DNA from: an archaeon
GTDB taxonomy: Archaea > Nanobdellota > Nanobdellia > Pacearchaeales > GW2011-AR1
DNA: 64,000 nucleotides
Direction: 5' to 3'
Assembly (NCBI GenBank): GCA_018651925.1
Contig: JABIDC010000011.1
Location: forward strand, 9,064-73,063
The position numbers and the translations under genes are program-made. Shown here piece by piece: positions 45,075-58,800 of the stretch. Under the pieces are notes generated by a model, which did no database searches, was not told where the DNA came from, and was given only the letters and a program-made list of their open reading frames with translations. Every line of letters starts with the position of its first letter. Within the stretch, counting starts at the first letter, position 1.

Positions 45075-46739
45075 CTATCTTAGTTCATTAATATCAATTG
45101 CTTGTGTCATCTGATATTTTGTCCTCGGTGAAGGCTTATTCAAACAACGTCCTTCATTACACCCATAAAAACATCTTGTGTTTGTAGAAATAATATTATT
45201 TCCATCACAACTAAATTGTTGAACATACTTTGCACTCCCAATCAAAATACAAGAATCACTTTCATTTCCATATTCACCATTATAATTAATTACATTACCT
45301 TGAACTTTTGAATTATCTTCAACATCAGTATCTTCGCATCCCATTGATTGATAAGTTACTTCTGCATAATTTGATTCATTAGTTACCTGATCAAACCTAT
45401 CTGTTGCACGAACATTAAATACATAATCTCCCCATTCTGAAATTCCCTCATAGACAGAAACATACTCTTCAAAGAAATCATCAAATGCCCCATCAATTGC
45501 AGAAGCAGTAATCCAAGAATTATCATTTACTCTAAATTCAACTTCTTCAATTGAATTAACAGTGCTATCTCTATAAGAAGGATTTATCGCACTAACAATA
45601 CCAGAATTCGCACTCCCATTAATTTCAAATTCTTCTCCAACAAGCCCTGCAAAATAATTATTAACAACAGGTTCAAAATCAACAATATCTAAAACCCCAT
45701 TTTCATTATCATCGGTCCATCCAATTTGTCCTCGAGCATAAATATCAACTAAACCATCTTCATAAGCCAATCCTTGATATTTCATGATGGAAGGTTCATC
45801 CAATAAACATTCATTAGCGCAATTTTCATTTACATAATTTAAATATCCCCCATCATAATTACATTGACAACCAGATTGAGCATATTCATCTTTTGCACCA
45901 AAAATATGCCCCATTTCATGGGCAAAAATATTATTCATATTCTCAATTCCAAAATAATTATTATCATAAGTCATAACTAAATAAGGATTATCTCCGTCAA
46001 GATTATATGTAGAAAAAGCAGAATAATTATCTGCAAATTTTCCCCCGTCATCATCATTTGTTGAATCTGCAACAAAAACTATAAATCCCCAATCAGTTCC
46101 TTGTTCAATTCTTTTATCATTAATTAAATCGTGCATTGGATCATAATAATTATTTTCTCCAGGAATATATATATATCCTAAAGCATCAATAGAGTGGGGG
46201 ATCCACCAAGATATCCCGGGATTCTCAATTGGCTCTTCTGGTATTTCAACCCTGTCATAAAAAGTAAAATTAAATTCTAAATTTGCATTAGGTTCTCTAT
46301 CTGTCCACCAATTAGCTCCCTCAATAATCATATTATGAACATTTGCAATTTCTTCATCTGTCCAGTTTTCAGAACCATCAATACTTTCAGGCAAAACAAC
46401 AATTACACTAACACTTCCAATCATATATTGATTAACATCTGTATCTCCAATCTCTTCTCCAGTAACTTTAGCTAAATTTGAAGTAGCATATTTTCCGCCA
46501 TAAGTATAATAATCTGCATAAGAAGTTGCACCCTTAGGTAAAAAATCTTTCAAAAAAGGATCATCCATTAAACTAACAACATCATTCAAAATATAATCTT
46601 CTCCTGCCCTATTATATTTATTCTTATCTAATTTCTTAAAAGAATTATCTGTAGACATTTGAACCTTTGCAACCGCCATAGGCATAACTAAAATAAGAAA
46701 CATTGCAACGAAAGCAAACACCTTTTTCATATTATTCAT
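45075..46739 (-). CDS. Secreted zinc metalloprotease, HExxH...DEY type (M6/M64-like), with a C-terminal Cys-rich domain
   Basis: A signal peptide (MKKVFAFVAMFLILVMPMAVA). The active site FAHEMGHIFGAKDEY resembles the HE.GH..G..DEY signature of the InhA (M6) and M64 families. The C-terminus holds 8 or more Cys. Confidence 0.65.
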   Translation of the reverse strand: MNNMKKVFAFVAMFLILVMPMAVAKVQMSTDNSFKKLDKNKYNRAGEDYILNDVVSLMDDPFLKDFLPKGATSYADYYTYGGKYATSNLAKVTGEEIGDTDVNQYMIGSVSVIVVLPESIDGSENWTDEEIANVHNMIIEGANWWTDREPNANLEFNFTFYDRVEIPEEPIENPGISWWIPHSIDALGYIYIPGENNYYDPMHDLINDKRIEQGTDWGFIVFVADSTNDDDGGKFADNYSAFSTYNLDGDNPYLVMTYDNNYFGIENMNNIFAHEMGHIFGAKDEYAQSGCQCNYDGGYLNYVNENCANECLLDEPSIMKYQGLAYEDGLVDIYARGQIGWTDDNENGVLDIVDFEPVVNNYFAGLVGEEFEINGSANSGIVSAINPSYRDSTVNSIEEVEFRVNDNSWITASAIDGAFDDFFEEYVSVYEGISEWGDYVFNVRATDRFDQVTNESNYAEVTYQSMGCEDTDVEDNSKVQGNVINYNGEYGNESDSCILIGSAKYVQQFSCDGNNIISTNTRCFYGCNEGRCLNKPSPRTKYQMTQAIDINELR

Positions 46740-46852
46740 TGGATTTTATAGTTTAAATTTATTTTGGTTCAAAACAAATCTTTTATTTTGATAATATTAA
46801 CAACATTATTTATTATATAAACCTTTCCATTTGTCACCACTGCCCTATGACA

Positions 46853-49800
46853 CTATTCTGCCAAAGTAGAAACAAATACAATTTGTGAATACTTTTCTCC
46901 AGAAAACTCCGTAGCTGGAACTTCTATTTGTATATCAATTTGAGCAGAATCATTCGAATCAGTCCAATTTAATTCTGCAAGAGCAAAACTAATACTTTCT
47001 GAGAAATTTGTAAAAGAAGTAACACTCGAAGCATAATCAAAACTATTCAATTCATCATAATCCACTTTATACTGATAATATTTTGAGGCTCCGAGAACAG
47101 ATTCCCATAAGGCACTTGCATTAGTACTAATATTAATTAAAACATTTCCATCATTTTGTAAAACTAACGGAGGAGGAACATTTCCCAAAGTATTACTTAT
47201 TTCTTCTACAGAGAGAACACCAAAATCAAGCCCAGAAACAGGTAAACTCACAATCACTTCTGCTTGAATCATAAAATTAAATTCATCTGCCCAATCTCCC
47301 CAAGTTGTTCCCGAATCATCTGTTGCCCGAACAGTCCAGTTATAGGAATATCCATTATCAAATAAATATTTCAAATAATTTGTGACATTATAAAATTCAT
47401 CCCCATTAGTAATATCATAATTTCTATTATCAACTGAACAAAGATTACAAGTAATATTCAATTCATATTCTAAAGCGTCCGAATCTCCATCTTGCCCACT
47501 CCAAGTAAGAACAGGAGACCTATTTGTAATCGCCTCACCATTTGTTGGAGAAATCAAAGTAACTACAGGAATTGAATTAAGAATGTCAATTGATTTATTA
47601 TTCCAATCACCTTCATAAGTAGTTCCATCATATCCTTTAATTGAACAAGTCCAAGTTTCTCCTTTTATTAAATTACTAGCATCAATTGTTGAAACTAAAC
47701 TTAAAGTTCCATTAGTAAGACTAGTTTGTCCTGAAGAGAAAACAGTTGAACCATTATACCAAGTATAATTTGCATAAAGACTTCCGATTGAAGGAGATTC
47801 AACTTTTGCATAACAAGAAATATCTTCATTAGAAGTATTTGTTCCCAAACTTGAATTCAAAACCATTTCAGTTGTATCTACATCAGATATACAAGTTGGA
47901 TCCCTTCCTCCATCAAGTATGTTCCAACTATATGTTCCAATTAAAGTATCATTTCTTGCTGTTTCTCCTTCACAATATAAAGAATTTCCTCCATCAAAAT
48001 CCACGCTAGTTTGCAATAATGGTAATCCTCCCCAGCCCATAAGCAAAGAATCATAATTAGTAGTCGATAAAGTCGCTCCTTGAATAAATCTATTCATACT
48101 CCCCACGTTACTAACATTCCAAGAACCAATATCTTGATCAAACCCATGTGAACCTTGAAACATTTCATACATCGAAGTTACTTTACTTACATCCCAAGAA
48201 GAAATATTTCGATTAAAATAAGAACTCTCAAACATATTTCTCATACTCGTCACGCTACTAGTATTCCAACTATTAATGTCCTGATTAAAATCCCTTGTAC
48301 CAAAAAATACATATCCCATATTCGTCACCTTGCTTGTATCCCAATTTCCGATTGGTTGATTGAAATCATCTGCATCAATAAACATAAAATACATACTGCC
48401 CACATTGCTTACATCCCAATTACTTATATCTTGATTGAAATCTCCCGCATATCCAAAAGTATACTCCATGCTTGTTACTTTACTTGTATTCCAATTACTT
48501 ATATTTCCATTAAAATTTGATGCACCATAAAACATTGAATCCATTATAATTACTTCTGAAATATCCCACTGATGAATATTTGGAATTAAAGTTAAATTTA
48601 CACTTCTAAAAATATTTTCAAAATTAGTTGTGCCAGTTAAATTCAAAATATCTGTTGCAGAAATAACCAGTTGGTTACAACCATGGAAATAGCCTCCAGA
48701 ATTTCCAAGATTCAATCCTCCCCATTGCTGAATTTGTAAAAGTTTTTCTTCATCACCATTATTACTAAAATTCCATCCTTCTATTGTTCCAGAAATATTT
48801 ACAAAATAAGTTCCTGCTGAAGAATAAGTATGAAGTACTTCTGCTTGATCATATGCTGTTATTGTGTCATTACTTCCATCTCCCCAAAACACTTGAAAAT
48901 CATAATTTCCAAGAGAATCTAATGGCAAAATTATTTGATTATCATTAGTTATTCCAGTATTATTTGTTTTCCAAACCGAGTTAAACATTGGATTAATTAT
49001 TTCAATTGAATTGGTTTCAATTTGAGTTTCATATCCTCCCTTAGAACAAGTCATATTATATTCATAAATTCCTGCTGAAGAAAAAGAACGATTTACTTCC
49101 CATTTGTCAAGAATCTCATCCCAATTCATTGAATAAGTTCCATCATCAAAACTAGCAACACAAGTTACTTCTTGAACAACATACCCATAATTAGAATCAG
49201 AAGCAACAGCAATATCGTCAACACCATCTAAATTGAAATCTCCATTTGCAATTCCTGCCCCCACTCCATCACTTGTATAATCTGAAATTGAACCTCCCAC
49301 AGTATAAGAAAATAATTCTCCTCCAGATAAATTATATACGTGAATAACCCCATCATTTGCACCACCAAGAATTTCTTTAACTCCATCATCATTTACATCT
49401 TCTAAAATCATAGTATCAATACGATTTGCAGAATCAAAGGAAACACTCCAATTCTCATAAAGACCAGTTTCATTTGCATTATACATTATTAAATTTTCAT
49501 TCATAGCAGTAGCAATAAAATCATCCGTATATCCATCTCCATCAAAATCTCCTACAATAAATTCTCGTCCATATCCTTCAGTAAAAAGATTTGTTGTCCA
49601 AAGAGTATTTCCAGCTGAATCTATTGCCCTAAGTTCTCTTCCAGCTCCAGAACCCATACCAATTACCATTTCATCTCTTTCACCATCATTATCTAAATCA
49701 AGAATTGCTGCTCCCCTTGCATCAATATTTGTAGTATTCCAAATAATTTCTCCATCACTTCCATTGATCGCAAAAACTTCTCGAGCATAACCCACAACAA

Positions 49801-52800
49801 TTATATCTTTTATTAAATCTCCATTCAAATCATCAATTACATGCACCTCGGTAGCATGGCCCTCATCAATTTGATTAACCCACTTTTCAGTAAGATTTCT
49901 ATAAAATAATCCAATTCTCCCATAAGTGTCACCTGCAATAATTTCTTCAATAAAATCTGAATCTAAATCCCCAACCGCAACAGGAACCCCCCATGAAAAA
50001 TCCGAAGTTTCAGAAAATAAATTATCTGTTAAATTATAAACTTTCAATCCAGCTGTAGTATAACTTGATGTTACAAATTCATTTTTATAGCCATCGCCAT
50101 TTGCATCAAAAGCAACCATCTCATGGACTCCAGACTGGTCAAATTGAGAAACTAAACCTTCAGTAATATTATAAATATTTATCTCATTATTACTCGTTAC
50201 TTTCCCTAAAACTAAACAATTCATTTTCCCAGAACCTTGGCAGTCAAAAAATTCAACAGCCTCAACATCATCTCCAAGGTTACCAGTATCATAAACAAAA
50301 GATCCTACATCCCCAAAAAGAGAACTAGAAAAATTTGCATAAAAAGAAACATCTTCATCAATAGAAGCATTTTCCACATTATCACTTAAACTTAAACTTG
50401 TAGAATAATTACTAATAATAATTGAAGCATTAACTCTGGTTGAAACTCCTCCGACACTTTCAGAGATTACAGAACAAGTAACATTTTCTCCATGATGAGT
50501 AAAATTAGAACTAAGATTATACAATCCAATTTCTCCACTCGTAACAGCAACAGAATTATTCTCTTGGATTAAAACCCCGTCAATATAAAAACTCATATTT
50601 GCAACCGCACTTTCTTGACTAGTAATATTATACTTACAACTTACTAAATCTTTAGTATACAAAGGAGATTCCAAGAAAGCAACTTCATTTATCACTGGCG
50701 GAGAAATAAAATAAGAAACATCCCTAGAAGAAATATTAAAATTTCCAGTTTCATCAATTGCATAAGCAGAATAAGTATAATTTCCTAAATCAAGATTAGT
50801 AAAATTAGAATAAAGAAAATATTGACTATTATTATAACTTGCATTAACTTCTTCTGGAGTCAAAGCACGATTATGAATTGTAAATTCATCAAAACTCCCA
50901 TTAAAAAAATTATTGTTATGAGCTGAATTTGCTCCAATAATTAAATTAATTGGATCTCCTGCTAAAGGACCAGTCGCTTCAAAAGAAGTTTTTAAAATTC
51001 CATCATTATATATTGAAATAAAATTATCTTCAACTGCAATTGCCACATGGGACCACTCTCCATCTGAAGCAGTATACAGGAAAGGTTGGAGTTCAAAATC
51101 TTGATCAATGTCAAGTGAAATAAAATATATTTCGTTAGAACTTGCCACCTTATCTAAATAATATCCATATGTATCTAATTTTGAAAAAAGAATTTGAGAA
51201 GCCCCCATCAAATTATTAAATTTAACCCAAAAAGTAATTGAATAATTTTCTCCAAGTCGAAGTTGTTCAGTATCCTCAATCTCCAAATAATCATCCACTC
51301 CATCAAAATCTAAAGCATCTCCATAAACTCCCGAAGAAATATTTGATTGACTTAATCCCCCTCCGAATTTCGCAAAATTAGAATAGCTTGAATTGCCATA
51401 AATTCCAGTTGAATTTGAATATTCAAAATTCCAGTAACCTGCCACGCTATTATTCCAATCAAAGAAAGCACTTGAATCTAAAGAATCCTCAATGGTTGTA
51501 TTCAAATAAACAAAATTTGAATCAATAACTTCGTCATTTTCCGGAGTTGGAATTTCCCAAGTAACATTTGGAGCCAAAGAATCTTGGAAAAAATAAATTG
51601 AATCATTTACTCCCCAATTATCTGCATAATCTTTTGCATAAACAAATAATTGATGCAATCCATCGCCCAAAACTCCAAGACTAACATTTGGAGTAAAGGT
51701 ATTATTCGCTTCTCCATCTATATTCCAATACCAAGTTTCAATGGATTCAGCAGAGTAAACATCCAAGGAAATTCCTGTCTTTGAATAACTTATATTTTCT
51801 GGAGAAAAAACATTAATTGTTGGAGTAACAAAATCTATTTCAAAAGTTCTTTCTTCTGTTGAATTAACTTGCCCAGCTTCATCTTGAACATACGCACGAA
51901 TTGAATGATTCCCTTCAACAAGAGAGGTAAAATTAGTCTCTAAGCGATTGGCTCCAGAATCATAACTTGCCTTAATTTCTTCTAAACTTAAACTTCTATT
52001 CCAAAATTGAAGTTCATCCAAACTTCCATTAAAATAATTTGCAGAGTGAATTGCATTTGAACCTAAAATCAAATTAGAAGTCCAGGGAAGAATATATCCT
52101 TCTGTCAAAAAAGAATTTTCATAAACCCCATTTTTATACATCAAAACAGTAGTACCATTAAATGTAAAAGCAACATGCGCCCATTGTTTATCTGGAATAT
52201 CCCAATTTAAAGATCCATATTTTTGATTTGTTCCATTATGGACAATAAAAGAAAAATCTGAACTTATCCCATTTTTATAAACATAATATCCTGCATTAAT
52301 TGATTCAGCAAGATAATACTCTTTCGAAAAAGGTTCTTCTTGATTTCCATTCTCAAATCCATTAAACTTTATCCAAAAAGCAATGGAATAATTATACCCC
52401 AAATCTAATTCATCTGAATCATTAATATAAACAAAATCATCAATCCCATCAAATTCTAATCCAGAACCAAACCTTCCAGAAGACCAAGAAGGATCTTCAG
52501 AAGTAGATGCAGAAGTTTCTCCAAGAAACCCATTATTTGAATAACCCGAACTATCAACCACCTCTTGCATAGAATTTTCATTCAACCTATACCAAGCAAT
52601 TAAACTCTCATCTAAATTGATTAAAGAAGTTAAATCATTCGGATCAGTAGTTGTTACATTTACCAAAGTAATAGCAGAATTAATTTTTTCTCCATCTGTA
52701 ATAGTTGGACTAACAAAATCAATTGTAGGAACAATGGTGTCAACTAAAAAAGTATTTTGGCCTGAATCATAACTATTTCCAACCTGATCGATTGCACCTA

Positions 52801-55800
52801 AACTCAACTCGTGATTTCCCTCAGATAAACCAGAAAAAGTATAATTAGAATTTTCCATTCCAACATCCAGCAATCCAAAAGTATTTTCCGAATATGTACC
52901 AAAAGCCAATTTACCATCACTAAAAGATAAGTAATTAGCATCAAGGTCTGTACTAGATAAAACCTCTACAATAACTGGATTAGAAACATTTGAAATATCC
53001 ACCTCTACAATAGCATCTCCTGTCCCACAAGAAACATATAAAGAATTTTCAAAAACAACTAAATCCTGTTGAGATGAACAAGGAAGAGTTAAGGTTGAAA
53101 CAATTTCAGGAGAAGATTTGTTAGAAACATTAATAATATTTACCTTAGAAGTTGCAAGAGTATAAAGATAATTTCCCCTCTTAAAAGGGCTATTAATCGC
53201 TCCAAAATTTGTGGAATTATAAATTGTTGAAACAATAGAAAGATTATCTTTTTGCAAGGCATCTATTATGGTCATTGAGGCACCATTAGATGAACCAGCA
53301 TAAAGATAACCTGAAGAAGCAAAAATCCCAAGAATAATATTAAAAGAACTATCAGTAAGATCATCCAAATAAACTGGATTACTTCTATTAGAAACATCCA
53401 CTGCAGTAATTTTATTTCCTATTATTGAAGAAACATATGCAACATCATTTTCATAAGCTAATCCAAATGGAATAAAAATTGAACTATGGGAAAAAGAAGA
53501 AGCAACAAAAGGATTTTCCACATCACTTATATCCACAATTACTAAATTTGAAGTATCTCCAGTAGTAATGTAAGCATAATTTCCTTCTACCTCAATAGTA
53601 TTTGGCCCATCAAGACTTACTCCAGAAATTGCTCCAACAATAGAAATCTCTGAAGGAGCACTAATATTCACAATAGTTAACGAATTATTTGTATATGAAA
53701 CAATATAGGCATAATCTCCCAAAATTTGTAACCCATTTGCTGCAACAAAATATCCACTTACAAGAGTATCTAAATAAGTATTTTTTCTTTTACAAAGATT
53801 TGTAGAATTAATTGAATCATCTAAATCATAAGAACAAAAAGAAAGAGTTTTATCTGCAGTCCAATTTAAATCAACATCATTTGTCGTGAACTTAGAATTA
53901 TTTAAGGGACTTAAAAGAGTAAAATCTATCTCACTTGAATCAACTCCAAAACTAATGAAATCACTTAAGACAGTATTTCCTCCAGAATCACTTGCATAAA
54001 CTTTCAAATTGTAATTTCCATCTGAAACTGAATAATAATTTCCAGGAACAAAAGTAAAATTAGTTCCATTATAATTTGCTATCCAAGAAGAAATTTCTTC
54101 TGTAGCGTCCGCATCAAAAAGAATTGAATTAGTAGAATAATTATAGTTCCAAGGAGAACGCACTTCAATTGCAGGCAAAGTAGTGTCCACAGTAAAATAA
54201 ATTTCATCATTCAAATACCATTCTCCAGTTGAAGAATCATTACCATATAAAAATAAATGATGATTTCCATTCTCAACTTCTAAAGAACTATTGATTGAAA
54301 TTGTAACATTTGTTCCATTATAATTTACTTTCCAAGAATCAATAGTTTCGCTAGAAGTAGCATTAAACCAAATTGTTGAACCATTTGAAACACTATAACT
54401 TGAATTGCTTGGGGACTGTATTTGAATTTTGGTAGGTTCAGTATAAAAAATATATAATTCTGGATCCGCCCCAGTAGGACTTATAGTGGTTGAAAGTTCT
54501 CTTGTAACATAAGCTTTAGATTCGACATGTCCAAAATTAAAAAAAGATGATGCAGAAAATTTAATTCCAACAGGAATAGCAGAATAATCTGCATCATAAG
54601 CTTTAATTGTTAAATATTCATCTCGATCACAGGCCTCATTTACAAATTTTGTAATACTCACATTAGAAAGCCCCCCTCCAGTATTACTAAACCAATTTGA
54701 ATAAGTTGTTGAATTATACTGGGCCATGCCATGCAATTGAATAGCAGTACTAGATTCGCTCATAGATTGATTACGAATATAATTTACAGTTGCATCATTA
54801 TCTGGAGAGCCCAAAATTCTACTAACATTAAATTGTAAATAAACATTATCTGCACTTAAATCCAAATTACAAAAATCACTAATATTCCATTTATGAAAAA
54901 ATCCAGCATCATAAACAATATTTACTGCATCTGAATATCCAACTTCTGCTAAAATATAAGTTGAATTAAAAAAACATTTTCCATCCGAGCAAAGAGTTGA
55001 TTCAAACACCCCAACATCATTCAAAGTAATATACTCCTGAACAGTTGAAGTTACATTAATTTCCCTACTGTCATTTCCATAAGTAGAAAAAGGAGAAGTT
55101 GTATTCAAAGTATAATTATTAAAGTAAGTATATGCTCCATTAAAAAGGACATAATCTGTTAAATTTGTTTTAACATCTCCAATAGAATTTGTAAAACCAC
55201 TAAATTCTAAATTATCTACATTATCATATGCCTCCACTTTTGCACCAGATAAATCTCCGTTAGAAGTATTTACATTTACCTCTAAAAACTCTTTTTTAGT
55301 AAATTCATGAGCAGAAGAAATAGCTAACTGGTCCCAAGTAGAATTTATTGCAGTAGTATAATTTCCATAAGTATTCGTCGAAGCAATATCCCATCCCAAA
55401 CCACCAAAAGATGAACTAACAAAGGTTGTATTATAGAAATCATAAATATAAACTCCTTGATTCGAAGAAACAAGTTGAGAAAAAGTATCAGCATAAAATG
55501 AATTATTTATTGAAGGAAAAGTAGTATCCCCTAATAAAGCCAAATTATCAGTAGAATTTGCAATTATATTATTTCTAAATACATTATGATTAAAATAAGT
55601 AGTTATTCTCAATCCAAAATCTCCTCCCCCAATAAAATTATTCGAATCAAAAACATTATAATTAGAGTTCGCCCCAAACATTGCATTCCCCCCATAAGAA
55701 GAAGATTTCCAATTATCACTAACATTATTATTTGAAAAAGTGGTATAATTTACACCATACAAAATAAAACCAACTCCCGAATTATCGTGAATATTATTTG

Positions 55801-58800
55801 AATCAATAAAATTATTGTGATTATTTCTTGCATAAAGTCCAGAGGAAGGCGAACCATAAATTTCATTATTACTAACATTATTATAATTTGAACCAGTGTA
55901 AAAATAAACCTCAATAGAACCATTATTATCATGAACTTTATTATTAAAAATTGTTGAATTTTGAGCAACAAAGAATATCCCATACCGAAGATTATGATAA
56001 ATATCATTTGAATCAATTAAAGTATTATTTCCAGTAAAAGTTGTCCATGCCCCAGCCGCAATACCATAATCATAATTCCCATATACCGTATTATTTGTAA
56101 TATTGTTTCGCTCATTTGTGCTTCCAGAAAGAAAAATTCCAGAATCAGTTGTACTTTGGCGAAGAATATTATTTTTAATTAAACTATCAGATGTCCCCTG
56201 CATAAGAATATTTTCATCCTCATTCAAATAAATATCATTTGAATCAACAGTTATATTATTAGAACTTCCTAATCTTAAACCGTAATCAGTATTATTATAA
56301 ATTTTATTATTTACCACACTACTATCAGAAAAAACACTCAAATAAACTCCAGACTGTCTAGAATCATAAACAATATTATTTGAAAAATTAAGATTATTTC
56401 CCGAAGCCAGATAAACTCCCCGAGCAGCACTAGTATTATAAAAAGTATTATTGTAAATTAGATTTCCGTTAGAACCGGATGCAGAAATAAAAAGATTATA
56501 ATTCAAACTAGAATGGACAGTGTTATTAATAATCTTTAAATTTGTTGCAGGATTATAAGTATGCATTCCTCGCTCAAATTGTTTAACCACACAATTTTTA
56601 ATTGTAACATTATGTGCATTTTGGAAAAAAATTCCCCACTTGCCTGCAGCCATTGTTCCATCAATTGTGTAACCCGCACAATCAAGAGTATAATCTCCAC
56701 TATTATATCCTAAAAGAATTCCGTGACCTGCACAATCAACCAAATCCCCATCTAAAGTAGTATCTCCATAAATTATGTCTCCACAAACTGCAGAATTTCT
56801 TGCATAAGCCTTTATTCCTCCAAAGTCAAATTCAAGATAATGCCCTCCAGCAGTTCTAACTCGGCTACTTTCATATCCAGTTCCATCACAAGAATAATTA
56901 CTTGCAACAATTGTTTCATTTTCCCAATGAGTTGAAAAAATTTCATCCCCGCAACGAACTTGTAAAAACATTAAATCATTTTCAGTTGAAGTCGTTCCCC
57001 AAGTTGTTCCATTAATCGGAGTAATTCTTAAATCAGCAGTTCCACTTGTATTAAATTGAACAGTCCAATTTTTCCCAACAATGGGATAACTTTGAACATT
57101 CAAAATAGTTAATTCAATTTCATAAGTTTGATTTGATAAATGAGGGACAATCCATTCAATATAATCAACTAAAGAATTATTATCTAAATCATAAGAAACA
57201 AACTCCGTTCTTCTTTTCACTCCTTCTTCAAGATGATACAAATTAATTGAATTTCTATAAACTTGTTCTTCAAAATAAGTAAAAGCTAAAATATTTTCAT
57301 AACCAAATTCATTTGGATCAGAAACAATAATCTCTTTTCCACTTTCTAAATCTCGCTCATAACTAATTGGCCCAGGAGTTTCATAAACAATTTCAAAAGT
57401 AGTTGCATTTTCATCAATTACAACAGTTTTATTTTCTCCTTCCTCAATAGAAATAACTTGACCAGTAAATGAATTAAACAAATTCTTAAAGAAATTTCCA
57501 ATACTAGATTCTTCTCCCAATTCAATATCTAAAGAAACTTTTCCAGAAATAGATATAATTTCTCCAGAAGAATCTATTTCTAATCCCTCACTAATTGTCT
57601 CATTAAAATCCTCTCCTTCAATAACTTCAAAAACCTCAATATTCTCTGCACCCTTTGGAATTTCAACTTCTAAAACCTCACTAGAATTTGCAACAATTAT
57701 TTTTTTCCATTTAACCGGCTTTCCAACAACTACTGAATATTGTATTGTTTCCAAAGTAACATTCAAAAAAGATTCATTCAAAGTTTCATTAAATAAAGTC
57801 TCATTTAAAATTGATTCGTTAATTACAGTTTGATTATTCAAGACAATTCCAATAGCATCTTCAGCAAGTTTTTCTTGGTAACCTTCAACACTAATTAAAA
57901 CAGAATTAGAAACAATTTCCTCTCCAAAATAATCCAAAGCAAGATTCAATGTTCCCTCTCTTGCAGTTAAATTTAATTTGGAAAAGTTAATAACAATCTC
58001 AAGTTCTTCATCTCCCAAAAAATCTTCTCCAAATCCAGATTCCATTTCAACATAATCTGTAGTAAAAATTACTTGGTTATCTTTAATTTCAAAATTAACT
58101 TCTTCATCTGAAGAAATAATCTCAACTTCTTTTTCTCCAATAAAATCCCAAGCCACCGATTCACCAAACTTTACAACTCCCCCAAATTCTTCAAACTCTT
58201 GCTCAACAACTGAACTAACAATTTCAGTAGTTGTTTCTGGTTCAATTTCTTCTTCAGATTCTGTTTCAATTTCTTCGATAATTTCTATTTCATCAGAAAC
58301 TTCTTCTTCAACCAAATCTTCAGAAACATCTTCCAATTCAGAATCAGAACTATCTTCAACAGAAGCCTCTTCAGTTGTTTCAGAACTTCCAACTGAACTT
58401 TCTTCAATTAAATCATAAAGACGAAAAACAAATTCAACTTCCGGATAAGTCTCCTTTTCTCCTGCAACCCCATATCCTTCTCCAGAACCATTAATTAATT
58501 TATTTTCTACATAAAAATCTCCTTCCAATAAATCCAAATCAACCAACTCTTCCAACCCGTACTCTTTTTCTTCACCAACATTATTAATCTTAAAAATTGT
58601 TTCCTTTGACAAAAATTCTCCTTCCTTTAAAATTAATTTTACACTTCCAGAAATAGAATCTCCTAATTCATAAGATTCATCAATAGAAATTGAAACGTTT
58701 CCAGTCAAATTATTAATATGTCCTACAAAAAATAAAGCAAAAGCCAAGATAAACAAAAACATAAAACTTTTTTTCAAAAGATTTTTATTAAGAGAATCAT

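Noticed and set aside
48155-48520. 121-aa plus-strand ORF inside the giant gene
   Set aside because: It is the antisense shadow of the DUF285 repeats. Its product is repetitive His/Ile/Thr-rich low-complexity sequence, and the minus-strand frame carries clear domain motifs.
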